Positions 54,983 through 64,000 of a stretch of 64,000 bases of DNA are shown piece after piece. The translations under genes and the position numbers were made by a program. Below the pieces are notes generated by a model. The model ran no database searches and was not told the DNA's origin. It was given only the letters and a program-made list of their open reading frames with translations. Origin of the DNA: Planctomycetota bacterium (lineage in GTDB: Bacteria > Planctomycetota > GCA-002687715 > DRQF01). Every line of letters begins with the position of its first letter. Within the stretch, counting starts at the first letter, position 1. The DNA lies in the NCBI GenBank assembly GCA_020639295.1, contig JACKGY010000009.1, positions 165,148 to 229,147 on the forward strand, read 5' to 3'.

Positions 54983-57145
54983 ATGACCCGATCCAGTCCA
55001 GCCTCCGAGGTCCGCCCGAACCGCCGGGTCTTCGGCCGATCCGCGACCCGCCTGCCCGGCCTCCTCCTGGTGGCCGCCCTCGTCCTCACCGGCCTGCCCC
55101 TGGCCGCCCAGGCGCCCGACCTCCTCTACCTGAAGTTCAACGAGGGCACCGGTACCAGCACCGCCGACAGCGCCGTGCCGGGCAGCGGCGTCGCGGCCAC
55201 GCTGCAGCCGGGAGCCGGCTGGGACACCACCGGCCCCAAGCTGGGCGCCGCCGCCCTCAAGGCCGGGCCCAATCCGGGCGCCGTCGTCACCACCAACGCG
55301 CCCTTCTCGCTGAGCGGTTCCTGGACGATCGAGTGCTGGTTCACCGATCTCAGCGGCAGCCCCGTGGCCTCGCTTTTCGGCGACACGTCGGCCAGCAGTT
55401 TCGTCTGCTACCGCTCCTTCGGCTTCACCGGCACCGACATCCTCCTGGTCGGCGGTGGCCTCAACAACGTGGTGATCAGCGGCTTCTCGGCTTCCGGTTG
55501 GGTCCATCTGGCCTACGTCCACGACGCCACGACCAACGACGTCAAGGCCTACGTCAACGGCAACCTGGCGACGACCACATCCCAGCCCTCGGGACTGACC
55601 ATCACCGGCAGTTCGGCCAGCGGCCTGGTGATCGGCGCCGACTCCGTGAGCGGCGCGGTCTGGACCGGGTCGATCGACGAGTTCCGCATCTGGGGCGTCG
55701 CCCGGAGCCAGGCGGACATCGTCGCCAACATGAACCAGGAGATCGCCGGCTTCGCCGACGACCTCGCCCTGACCAGCCTCGATGCCCCGAGTCCTCCGGC
55801 GCAGGCCTGCGCGCCCCTCAGCAGCACCGAGACGGTGGGTTTCACCGTGCGCAACACCGGCGCCAACGCCATCGCCCCGGGCACGAGCTTCGTCGTCTCC
55901 CACTCGGTCAACGGCGGCAGCCCCCAGGCCGAGAGCTTCTTCGTCTCCGGCAGCCTCGCCCCGGGCCAGAGCCAGTCCTTCAGCTTCGTCGGCACCGCCG
56001 ATCTCTCGCAACCGGGCGAACGCCAGGTCAGCCTGAACCTGAACTACATCCCCGACCTCAATCCGCTCAACGACGTCCTGGTCGAGACCTTCGCGCCCGG
56101 CGTGGGCCTGGTGTCGAGCTTCCCCTGGACCGAGACCTTCGATCTCCTGCCCGCCGGCTTCGGCTCGACCCCGCCCGCCGGCTGGACGCAGGACGCCAAC
56201 GACGACAGCGGCGTCGACGCCGACTGGCACTTCCTCGACGGCGCGACGCCGACCGCGAACACCGGTCCGACCGCCGATCACAGCAGTGGCCTCGCCGGTC
56301 AGGGCCATTTCGCCTACGTCGAAGACAGCCAGGCGAACCACGCCCAGGTCAATCTCCTCGGCCCCTGCCTCGACCTGGCCGGCCTGTCCTCGCCCCGGCT
56401 GATCTTCTGGCTGCACAGCCGCAACGACCAGTCGCCGACGACCACCTTCGAGAACTCGCTGTCGGTCGACCTCATCGACGTCGCCGGCAACGTCACCCTG
56501 GATGCCCTCGGGCCGATCGGTCACCTCGGCGCCGATTGGCAGCGCTTCGGTCTCGATCTCGGTCCCTATGCCGGCAGCGTGGTGCAGCTGCGCTTCCGCG
56601 GTCGCAGCGACGGCGGTGGCGGCAAGCACGACATGGCGATCGATGACGTGACCGTGGCGGATGTCTTCCCGGGCAATGGCCAGGCTCCCCAGGCCGGTCT
56701 CGCCACCCTCGACCTGAACGCCGCCTCGAGCCCGCAGTACGGCGGTGTCGCCAGCGGCGACCCGGGACCCTACGCCGCCGGCGCCAGCGTCGGCGGGCCG
56801 CTGGTCTTCGTCATGGGTGGCCAGCCCGGGCAGCCCATCATCCTGTTGATCGGGACGCTCAACCCGGTCGCCGCCACCTTCCCGAACGTGGGCCAGATGG
56901 ACATCGGCGGCGCGGTCGATCCGATGACCGGCATCCCGACCGGGATCCAGGTGCTCGGCAACGGCTTCACGCCGATCGACTTCATCGACCTGCTCTTCGT
57001 GGTCGGCGCCGGTGGCGAGACCACGCTCGGCTTCGCCACCCCGGCCTTGCCGCTCGGTGTGATCGGCGCCTTCCAGGCCGCCTTCGCGACCGGTCCGGCG
57101 CAGCCCCTCGCGCTCTCGAACGCGGTCGAACTGACCATCAACTGA
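54983..57145 (+). CDS. Secreted multidomain protein: LamG (concanavalin-like) + CARDB-like + MAM domain
   Basis: The ATG at 54983 is preceded by GGGAG. Signal peptide LPGLLLVAALVLTGLPLAAQA. LamG signature IDEFRIWGVARSQADI. MAM-like block WTQDANDDSGVDADWHFLDG.TPTANTGPTADHS...GHFAYVE...MAIDDVTV. Confidence 0.8.
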   Translation: MTRSSPASEVRPNRRVFGRSATRLPGLLLVAALVLTGLPLAAQAPDLLYLKFNEGTGTSTADSAVPGSGVAATLQPGAGWDTTGPKLGAAALKAGPNPGAVVTTNAPFSLSGSWTIECWFTDLSGSPVASLFGDTSASSFVCYRSFGFTGTDILLVGGGLNNVVISGFSASGWVHLAYVHDATTNDVKAYVNGNLATTTSQPSGLTITGSSASGLVIGADSVSGAVWTGSIDEFRIWGVARSQADIVANMNQEIAGFADDLALTSLDAPSPPAQACAPLSSTETVGFTVRNTGANAIAPGTSFVVSHSVNGGSPQAESFFVSGSLAPGQSQSFSFVGTADLSQPGERQVSLNLNYIPDLNPLNDVLVETFAPGVGLVSSFPWTETFDLLPAGFGSTPPAGWTQDANDDSGVDADWHFLDGATPTANTGPTADHSSGLAGQGHFAYVEDSQANHAQVNLLGPCLDLAGLSSPRLIFWLHSRNDQSPTTTFENSLSVDLIDVAGNVTLDALGPIGHLGADWQRFGLDLGPYAGSVVQLRFRGRSDGGGGKHDMAIDDVTVADVFPGNGQAPQAGLATLDLNAASSPQYGGVASGDPGPYAAGASVGGPLVFVMGGQPGQPIILLIGTLNPVAATFPNVGQMDIGGAVDPMTGIPTGIQVLGNGFTPIDFIDLLFVVGAGGETTLGFATPALPLGVIGAFQAAFATGPAQPLALSNAVELTIN

Positions 57146-57152
57146 AAGGAAC

Positions 57153-57182
57153 GGGGGCGGACCGGATCACCGGCCCGCCCCC
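57153..57182. terminator. GC hairpin between convergent genes
   Basis: GGGGGCGGACCGG-atca-CCGGCCCGCCCCC: a 13-bp stem with one mismatch. Confidence 0.5.
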
Positions 57183-57206
57183 GCGTCCCGTCGCCGAGCG
57201 CCGGGT

Positions 57207-58859
57207 TCAGGGCGTCGCCTGCAGGCGCAGACCGCTCGACGAGGCGGTGATCGGACCGATCTCGAAGGCCTGGACGTAGACCTTGATCCCGACGAAGGCG
57301 GGGTTCTGCCGCGAGATGCCCGGCGCCACCATCATGCCGAGGGCGTCGAAGCCGAAGTCGTAGGTCGCCGCCGGGTTGGGCGCGTCGATCGCGACCAGCA
57401 GCGGCAGATAGCCGAAGAGGAGCCGGTCGTCACTCGCGAGGCTCGCCACCACCAGGCCCTGGCCGCCCGGCGTCCCGCCGCTGCAGACGAGATCGCCGGT
57501 GACCGCCTGCGGATCGCCGGCGGCGGGCATCCAGTCCAGGTCGAGGAACTGCGGCCAACCGGTCCGGCTGCGGTATTCGAGCACCGGCAAGGTGGGCGCG
57601 GTGAACACCTCGGTCCGGCCCTTGGTCCCGATCGAGAACCAGGCGCCGACCACCAGGTCGGCGAAGCCGTCGGCATCGACGTCGCCGGCGATGGCGACCG
57701 AGAAGCCGAACCACGACCCGACGTCGCCGACGAGGGTCTGGATCAGGCTGCCGTCATGACCGGAGCGGATCTCGACGCGACCGGTGTTCGGACCGTTCAG
57801 GTTGTAGCCGTGGACGCCGAGCACCAGGTCCGGCCAGCCGTCGCCGTCGATGTCGCCGCCGCCGGAGACCGACATGCCCATCTGGTCGCCGGGCGCGGCG
57901 CCGTGGAAGGCGTAGAGCAGCGAGGCATCGAAGCCGGACCGCACCTGCACCAGGCCGGCGTTGTTGGCGACCGTGTCGTCGGTGATCGAACCGATCAGGA
58001 TGTCGTCGAAGCCGTCGCCATCCAGGTCGCCCGCGCCGGCCAGGCTACGACCGAGCTGGTCGTCCGGATCGTCGCCGTGGATGGCATGGATGAGGCCGCC
58101 ACCGAAGCCGGAGTAGACCCGGACGGTTCCCGAGAGGTTGCCGTTGGCCGAGGCGTGCAGGGCGGAGGCCATGAAGTCGGCGTGGCCGTCACCATCGACG
58201 TCGCCCGCGCCGGCGACCGCGAAGCCGAACCACTCGTTGGCGACGAGCCCGTCGATCGAATGCAGCACCGCGCCGGTCGCGCCGGAGAAGACCTGGACGC
58301 GGCCCGAGTCCTGGCCGCCGCCGTTCCCGAGATAGGCGCCGACCAGGACGTCGTCGAAGCCGTCGCCGTCGACGTCGCCGGCACCGGCCACCGTGTAGCC
58401 GAACTGGTCGTTCTGGGCCACGCCGTGGAAAGCATGGAGGAGGCTGCCGTCGCTACCGGAGTAGACGTCGGCCGAGCCCACCATGACGCCGGCGAAGAAG
58501 TCGAAGGGCGAGCCGACGACGACGTCGTCGAAGCCGTCGCCGTTGACGTCGCCGAGACCGGCCACCGAGAAACCGAAGGCCTCGAAGTCGTCGTCGCCAC
58601 GCCAGAGGTAGAGGTCGGAGCCGTCGGCGCCGGAGATGACCCGGACGCTGCCGCGCCCGTTGCCGGTCTCGCCGTCGTTCGGCGCGCCGGCGATCAGGTC
58701 GTCATGGCCGTCGCCGTTGACGTCGCCGGCCCCCTGGACCGACCAGCCGAACTGCTCGCCGCCGGTGTCGCCCGGCAGGTCGTATTGGAGGATCATCTGG
58801 GCGCGGGCGCCCAGGGCGAGGAGGAGGACGAGAACGAGGCAGAAGGGCAACTGGCGCAT
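57207..58859 (-). CDS. Secreted FG-GAP / integrin-alpha-like repeat protein
   Basis: I chose the ATG at 58859, which gives signal peptide MRQLPFCLVLVLLLALGARAQ. There are at least 7 repeats of FG.SV...GDVNGDG.DD...GA. Confidence 0.8.
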   Translation of the reverse strand: MRQLPFCLVLVLLLALGARAQMILQYDLPGDTGGEQFGWSVQGAGDVNGDGHDDLIAGAPNDGETGNGRGSVRVISGADGSDLYLWRGDDDFEAFGFSVAGLGDVNGDGFDDVVVGSPFDFFAGVMVGSADVYSGSDGSLLHAFHGVAQNDQFGYTVAGAGDVDGDGFDDVLVGAYLGNGGGQDSGRVQVFSGATGAVLHSIDGLVANEWFGFAVAGAGDVDGDGHADFMASALHASANGNLSGTVRVYSGFGGGLIHAIHGDDPDDQLGRSLAGAGDLDGDGFDDILIGSITDDTVANNAGLVQVRSGFDASLLYAFHGAAPGDQMGMSVSGGGDIDGDGWPDLVLGVHGYNLNGPNTGRVEIRSGHDGSLIQTLVGDVGSWFGFSVAIAGDVDADGFADLVVGAWFSIGTKGRTEVFTAPTLPVLEYRSRTGWPQFLDLDWMPAAGDPQAVTGDLVCSGGTPGGQGLVVASLASDDRLLFGYLPLLVAIDAPNPAATYDFGFDALGMMVAPGISRQNPAFVGIKVYVQAFEIGPITASSSGLRLQATP

Positions 58860-59088
58860 GGCGAGGGGGGCTCCGTGGCAAGGGTCGCGAGGCGACAGGA
58901 TCCCAGCCCGAAACCCGGGAAACAAGCCCCTGGTTCCCATCCTTCACGATCCGCCGGCGCCGCCGCCGCAAGTCCGGCACCGGAACTCCCTTCCGCCGAC
59001 CGCGGCCCGTTCCCGGCCGACGCCGGCCCCGGATTTTCCTCCCCGGCCGATGCCGGTTAGAGTCCGGAAACCGATCGGGAGCCGATGG

Positions 59089-59700
59089 ATGAAGCTGGAA
59101 GGACGCGCGGCCGAGGCCCTGGCCAGACTCGAGGAGGGGAACGCGAGGTTCCTCGCCCAGCAGCAGGCGGTCGAGATCTGCCGGCGGCCGGTCGCGCAGA
59201 TGCAGGACGGGCAGGAGCCCTTCGCGGCCATCCTGTCCTGCTCGGACTCCCGGGTGCCGACCGAGATCGTCTTCGATCAGGGCCTGGGCGACCTCTTCGT
59301 CATCCGCGTCGCCGGCAACGTGGTGTCGCCCTCGCAGGTGGGTTCGGTCGAGTTCGCCGCGGCCCGATTCCACACTCCGCTCGTGGTCGTGCTGGGTCAT
59401 TCCGGCTGCGGCGCCGTCGCCGCCACCATCGACCACGTACTCGGCCAGGATCCGCCCGAGACCGATGGCCTCCGCGCCATCGTCGAGCGCATCGAGCCCG
59501 CCGTGCATCCCCTGGCCGAGCTGGTGACCGATCGGAGCGAGCTGCTGGAGCGGGCCGTCGTCGCCAACGTGCGCGCCTCGGTCAGCCGGCTCGAGCACGG
59601 CTCGGCCTTGATCGAGCGCCTGGTCGCGACCACCGATCTCGCCGTCGTCGGCGCGATCTACGACATCCCCACCGGCCGCGTCCGTTTCCTCGATCACTGA
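59089..59700 (+). CDS. Beta-class carbonic anhydrase
   Basis: The ATG at 59089 is preceded by GGGAG. LSCSDSRVP and VLGHSGCGAV motifs supply the zinc ligands. Confidence 0.88.
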   Translation: MKLEGRAAEALARLEEGNARFLAQQQAVEICRRPVAQMQDGQEPFAAILSCSDSRVPTEIVFDQGLGDLFVIRVAGNVVSPSQVGSVEFAAARFHTPLVVVLGHSGCGAVAATIDHVLGQDPPETDGLRAIVERIEPAVHPLAELVTDRSELLERAVVANVRASVSRLEHGSALIERLVATTDLAVVGAIYDIPTGRVRFLDH

Positions 59701-59751
59701 GCGCGCGAACGCTCACTCGCGGACCGCGGCCCGAGGGTGGTCGCGCGCGCC

Positions 59752-60765
59752 TCAGTCTCCGCGATCCCGCCAGTAGTCGTGGATGCGATCGAGCCGGCTC
59801 GCGGGCGGCGCCGACGAGCCCGACGCCAGCGCCTCGGCTTCGGCCGCCTCCTCGGCGTCGAACTGCTCGAGGCGTCGTTCCCGACGGACCCGATGGACCG
59901 CCCAGGCGAGCGCGGCCAGGACGAGGATGAGCAGGCCGAAGATCAGATCGGGCAGATCACGGGTCGAGATCGGCAGGCTGGCGCGCGTCTCGTTCCTCCA
60001 GGCCTCCTCGAGCCGGTCGAAGTCGTAGCCGGTCATGCTGCGGATCGCGTCCTCGACCGTCGCGCCGCCGGCGAGCGCGAGGAGCATGCCCTGGACGTTG
60101 TTCTTCAGGCCGCGCGGATTGTCGTGGGCCGCGATGAAGCGCACCAGCGAGTGGCTCTGGGCGTAGGCCAGGGCGGAGGCGCCTTCCTGGTCGGGGAAGT
60201 CGTCACGGAGCTTCTTGAAGGGAATGAGCTGATCGCGGCGCGCGGCCTGCGCGACCAGATCCTCGCGCCCGTCCTCGCCACGTTCGCTGGCCCACTGCGC
60301 GATGCCCTCGTCGAGCCAGACCGGGATCTCCATGCGCTCGTGTCGGCGCCGGAGTTCGCCGAGAAGGCAATGGACGAGTTCGTGCTGATAGGTGACCTCG
60401 AAGGCGGCGGCGCTGCCGCGCCGCCAGGCCTCGGCCTTCAACACCACGAGATCGAGCATCGGGAAGGCGACGGCCGCGACGTGATCGGGCCGCGGCGAGC
60501 CGCCCAGGGCGACGATGCGGTCGTTGAAGGCTCCCTGGTCGCGTTCGATCCAGACCGCGAGCCGGCGGGTGTAGCGGAAGCCGATCCGGCTCTCGACCTC
60601 GGCCAGGAGGCGCGGCTGGATCTCCAGCACGCGGTCGGCGGCGCCGCGCATGCCGGTGGGATAGCGGATCTCGAGGCGCTCGTCCTGGAGGACCTCCTGC
60701 GCGGACGTGACCGGCGCCAGCAGGCCCAGGAGCAGCGCCAGGACTAATGCTTGCGAGCGCGACAT
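59752..60765 (-). CDS. Putative secreted zinc metalloprotease (HExxH) with a C-terminal membrane anchor
   Basis: I chose the ATG at 60765, giving signal peptide MSRSQALVLALLLGLLAPVTSAQ. YQHELVHCLLGE is the HExxH motif. TM helix LIFGLLILVLAALAWAV lies near the C-terminus. Confidence 0.65.
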   Translation of the reverse strand: MSRSQALVLALLLGLLAPVTSAQEVLQDERLEIRYPTGMRGAADRVLEIQPRLLAEVESRIGFRYTRRLAVWIERDQGAFNDRIVALGGSPRPDHVAAVAFPMLDLVVLKAEAWRRGSAAAFEVTYQHELVHCLLGELRRRHERMEIPVWLDEGIAQWASERGEDGREDLVAQAARRDQLIPFKKLRDDFPDQEGASALAYAQSHSLVRFIAAHDNPRGLKNNVQGMLLALAGGATVEDAIRSMTGYDFDRLEEAWRNETRASLPISTRDLPDLIFGLLILVLAALAWAVHRVRRERRLEQFDAEEAAEAEALASGSSAPPASRLDRIHDYWRDRGD

Positions 60766-60839
60766 GCTTCCACTAACCTTCTCCACCCGCCTGGGCGCGA
60801 CGATCGTGCCCGGATCAGCTCTTCCGTTCGAGCCTCTCG

Positions 60840-61709
60840 ATGACCTTCGTGGCGACGCTTCGTGATGATGAGATCAGGATACTCCGGGAACAGGTCTTTT
60901 CCGGAGGATTCGTGACCCGCGAGGTGCAGCACGCCCATTTCGCCGCCAAGGGCGAGGGCGTCGACCTGGTCGTCTACCGCTCCGGCAAGATCGTGGTCCA
61001 GGGCAAGGGCGCCGACCAGTTCGTCGCCGAACACCTGCCCGGCCACGCGAAGAAGGACGAGACCATGGCGCGTCTGCTCGCCCTTCCCGAGTTGACCGTC
61101 GGCTCCGACGAGTCGGGGAAGGGTGACTACTTCGGACCGCTCGTGGTCGCGGCCGTCGCCTTCGGCCCCGAGCACGTCTCGCTGCTCGAGACCACGAGCA
61201 TCGGCGACAGCAAGAAGATGACCGCGGCGGCCATCCGGCAGTCGGCGAAGGCGATCCGCGAGAGCCTGCCCCACGAGGTCGTGGTCATCGGCCCCGAGCG
61301 CTACAACCAGCTCTACGAGAAGTTCGGCAACCTCAACCGCCTCCTGGCCTGGGCCCACGGCACCGCGCTCGAGGCCGTGCTCGAGCGCACCGAGGCCAAG
61401 ACCATCATCGTCGACAAGTTCTGCGAGGAGGGACCGTTCCGACGGCACCTCAAGGAGCGCGCCCGGGCCTGCAAGCTGATCCTGCAGACCAAGGCCGAAG
61501 CCTTCCCGGCGGTCGGCGCCGCCTCGATCCTGGCCTCGGACGCCTTCAGCCGCAAACTCGAGTACCTCTCCAAGGAATACGGTCTTACCCTGCCGAAGGG
61601 AGCCGGCGCGAACGTCGACGCCACGGCGCGCCGCCTCCTGGCGACGCAGGGCCGCGAGGTGCTCGCCCGGGTCGCCAAGGTCCATTTCGCCAACACGGGG
61701 AAGCTCTGA
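60840..61709 (+). CDS. rnhC: Ribonuclease HIII
   Basis: The N-terminal TBP-like region is followed by VGSDESGKGDYFGPLVVAAV, IGDSKKM and the C-terminal ASILA motif. 289 aa fits RNase HIII rather than HII. Confidence 0.85.
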   Translation: MTFVATLRDDEIRILREQVFSGGFVTREVQHAHFAAKGEGVDLVVYRSGKIVVQGKGADQFVAEHLPGHAKKDETMARLLALPELTVGSDESGKGDYFGPLVVAAVAFGPEHVSLLETTSIGDSKKMTAAAIRQSAKAIRESLPHEVVVIGPERYNQLYEKFGNLNRLLAWAHGTALEAVLERTEAKTIIVDKFCEEGPFRRHLKERARACKLILQTKAEAFPAVGAASILASDAFSRKLEYLSKEYGLTLPKGAGANVDATARRLLATQGREVLARVAKVHFANTGKL

Positions 61710-61710
61710 G

Positions 61711-63714
61711 ATGCTGGTCGGGATCGTCGCCTTCATCTTCGCCGCCTTGATCGTGTCGGCCCATGGTCCGGCAGAGGGCCTCTCCTTCGGTCTCGGCTGG
61801 TTGCCAGCGATCGTCTACGTGCTCGGCTTCCACCTCCTGCAGAGCCAGCTCGCGCGCTGGGGCCGCGCGCTCGTGCTGCGCGAGGCAAAACTGGGCTCGG
61901 CGCCGCCGAGCCGACCCTATCTCCTGATCATCTTCCAGCTCGTCGGCCTGCTCGCCGCCTTGCAGCTCGGCTGGTCGCAGTACGTCCAGTCGCCGGAAGG
62001 CCTGGGCCTGGGCGAGGCCTGGCTCCTCCCTGGCCTGTTGATGTTCCTGCCCTTCTTCCTGGTGCACCTGTCCTGGCTGGCGGCACGCCGCAAGATCCGC
62101 GAGGCCCTCGAGCCCGATCCCTGGCCGCTCGGCTCCTACCTCGCCTTCCACGTCCGGATCCTGGTCATCCCGCTCCTGCCCTGCCTGGTCAATTCGACCC
62201 TCGTCTGGCTGCAGCAGAGACCCGGCCTCGGGCTGATCCTCGCCGCCTTCCCCAGCCTCGAACTGGTCGGGGCTCTCGCCAGCGGCGTGCTGATCCTGGT
62301 CCTGTCGCCCTATCTGATGCGCCTGGCGCTGCGGAGCCGCAGTCTCGAGGGCGGTCCGCTCCGGCGGAGCCTCGAGGACGTGGCCCGGAGCGGCGGCTTC
62401 CGCATGCTCGACATCCGGGTCGCCGAGACCCATGGCCGCATCATCAACGCGCTCTTCGTCGGCGTCCTGGGCCGTCAGCGCTACGTCTTCCTCACCGACG
62501 GCCTCCTGGCGCGACTCTCGCAGGAGGACCTCCGCGGCGTCTTCGCCCACGAGATGGCCCACTCGAGACGCGGCCACATCATCCTGAACATGGCCCTCCT
62601 GCTCGGCTTCTCGCTGATGCTCACGGTGCTCGCGACCGGATTCGCGGACGACTCCAGCGGTTCCGCCTCGCTGGTGCTGGGCCTGGTCTGCCTCCCGGTG
62701 TTCTTCCTGTTCGTCTTCGCGCCGCTGATGCGGACCTGGGAGACCGAGGCCGACGTCCATTCCGGCGAGATCCTCGGCGATCCCGGTCCGATCAAGCGGG
62801 CCCTGACCGAGCTCGGTCGGCTCCATCCCAAGCGGATGCGCGAGGGCGGCGTCACCCATCCGGCCATCGAGCAACGCCTCGCTTTCATCGACAGCTACTT
62901 CCGGGACCCGAGCACGGCTCTGGAATTCAACCTCCGGCTCCGTCGTCTCCGGCGGCGGGTGGCGACCTTCTTCTTCGTGGCCCTGGGCCTGTGGCTGGTG
63001 GGGCTGCCGCTCGAGATCGCCCAGGGACGGATCCGGGAGGCGACCGTCCGCGCCGAGCGCGAGGAGGACCTGCCCCTGGCCGAGGAGACGCTCGCCCGGC
63101 TGGAGGACTGGAACGACCGCTACGGTCGGGTCGTCGGCCTGGATGCCGACCTGAGCCAGCGAGCGGCGCTGTGGACGACCCTCGCCTCCGGCTACCAGAA
63201 GACCGGCGCGCTCGAACGGGCCGCGCCCCACGTCGCCAGCATGCGGGACCACCTCGACCAGTTCGGCTCCGACCCCGTGAAGCTCTACAACGTGGCCGTC
63301 CTCCAGGCCCAGCAGGACGCCGGCGAGGGCCGTTTCGATCGCATGCTCGGCCCTTTGCGCCGCAGCGAACAGGAGCTCGATCGGCTCGAGGCCATGGTGG
63401 TCAAGAACGGCCTCCCGGTGATGGCCGGGTACACGGAACAGATCGAGCGCGAGCGTCGTGACCTGGCCTTCATGCGCGGCCTGGAGGAGGTCGGTCGCCG
63501 TCTCGGGCTCCTCCCTCCGGCCCCCGGGAGCGGCCCCTTGCCGGAGCCGGGACGTCCGGAGGACGAGGCCCTGCTCCGGCTCGCCGAGCTGGCGGGCCAG
63601 GGCCCGATCACCGGCGCCGAGATCGCCGCCGCCACCGCCGGGCTCGAGCCCTCCTGGAAGCGCGCCGCCCTGCTGGCCCTCGGCCCTCGCGAGGCTCCTT
63701 CCGAGCGCGACTAA
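61711..63714 (+). CDS. M48-family membrane zinc metallopeptidase with a helical-repeat C-terminal domain
   Basis: Multiple TM helices. GVFAHEMAHSRRGHI is the HExxH motif, with a downstream WETEAD. The ATG lies 1 nt after the rnhC stop. Confidence 0.8.
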   Translation: MLVGIVAFIFAALIVSAHGPAEGLSFGLGWLPAIVYVLGFHLLQSQLARWGRALVLREAKLGSAPPSRPYLLIIFQLVGLLAALQLGWSQYVQSPEGLGLGEAWLLPGLLMFLPFFLVHLSWLAARRKIREALEPDPWPLGSYLAFHVRILVIPLLPCLVNSTLVWLQQRPGLGLILAAFPSLELVGALASGVLILVLSPYLMRLALRSRSLEGGPLRRSLEDVARSGGFRMLDIRVAETHGRIINALFVGVLGRQRYVFLTDGLLARLSQEDLRGVFAHEMAHSRRGHIILNMALLLGFSLMLTVLATGFADDSSGSASLVLGLVCLPVFFLFVFAPLMRTWETEADVHSGEILGDPGPIKRALTELGRLHPKRMREGGVTHPAIEQRLAFIDSYFRDPSTALEFNLRLRRLRRRVATFFFVALGLWLVGLPLEIAQGRIREATVRAEREEDLPLAEETLARLEDWNDRYGRVVGLDADLSQRAALWTTLASGYQKTGALERAAPHVASMRDHLDQFGSDPVKLYNVAVLQAQQDAGEGRFDRMLGPLRRSEQELDRLEAMVVKNGLPVMAGYTEQIERERRDLAFMRGLEEVGRRLGLLPPAPGSGPLPEPGRPEDEALLRLAELAGQGPITGAEIAAATAGLEPSWKRAALLALGPREAPSERD

Positions 63715-63940
63715 ATCTCGGCCGGACAAAGCCTTGCGCGCGTGGAGCCGGGCTTGATCATGGCCCGGAATCCGTTACATTGGCGCGGTCCTCGCCATTG
63801 GTCTCCGATGCCTCGCCGACCGCCCTCCGGGCGGCCACGACCACCGGACGCGCGAGGCTGGCGGACCCTCGCAGGCCTCGATCGATCGGCCCGTCGGGTC
63901 CATTCCTGACCGCAAGACGCGCCCCGAGGACGCCGGCACG

Positions 63941-64000
63941 ATGGCCGAACAAAGCTCCGACTCCGAGAATCCGGACCTCCAGAAGAACGTCCGCGAGCAG
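63941..64000 (+). CDS. Possible 5-prime end of a gene running off the window
   Basis: ATG at 63941 with GAGGA about 10 nt upstream. Only 20 codons are visible (MAEQSSDSENPDLQKNVREQ). Confidence 0.25.
   Translation, partial: MAEQSSDSENPDLQKNVREQ

Overview
This is a 64-kb chromosomal segment from a high-GC bacterium (about 70 % GC in coding DNA by eye, about 58-60 % in some gaps). kdsD, kdsC and lptD indicate an outer membrane with LPS. The window looks origin-proximal. dnaA, dnaN, a DUF721/DciA gene and gyrB lie on the minus strand at 20.5-26.3 kb, and three parS palindromes sit directly upstream of parA-parB at 40.6-42.5 kb. I call about 55 CDS, mostly housekeeping: rsmB, fmt, argR, scpA, kdsD, kdsC, lptD, tatA, pyrF, purM, nadK, mraY, rnhC, a cysteine desulfurase, a cystathionine gamma-synthase family enzyme and a beta carbonic anhydrase. 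There is also a bshC-bshB-bshA bacillithiol operon, an mglA-type GTPase, an HDOD-GGDEF cyclase, and several lipoproteins and secreted LamG/MAM and FG-GAP proteins. I found no rRNA, tRNA, CRISPR array, transposase or integrase. Many long ORFs in the track are antisense or off-frame artefacts typical of high-GC DNA and were discarded. Several real genes needed shorter starts than the track gives. The items most worth follow-up are: (1) one 1301-aa ORF fusing MurG, an FHA-like linker, MurJ and HEAT repeats, overlapping mraY; (2) a 450-aa protein with an unassigned helical N-terminal region and a C-terminal HPr phosphocarrier domain; (3) a 945-aa membrane-anchored protein in the lptC/lptA slot of a kdsD-kdsC-X-lptD operon; (4) a ParA in which the deviant Walker A signature lysine is replaced, next to triple parS; (5) two non-coding gaps with high-GC-type DnaA boxes, at 34.1-34.6 kb and in the dnaA-dnaN spacer, as competing oriC candidates; (6) a methyltransferase fused into the bacillithiol operon; (7) a 670-bp structured, lower-GC non-coding region upstream of argR. 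All functional calls come from motif recognition by eye. No database search was run.
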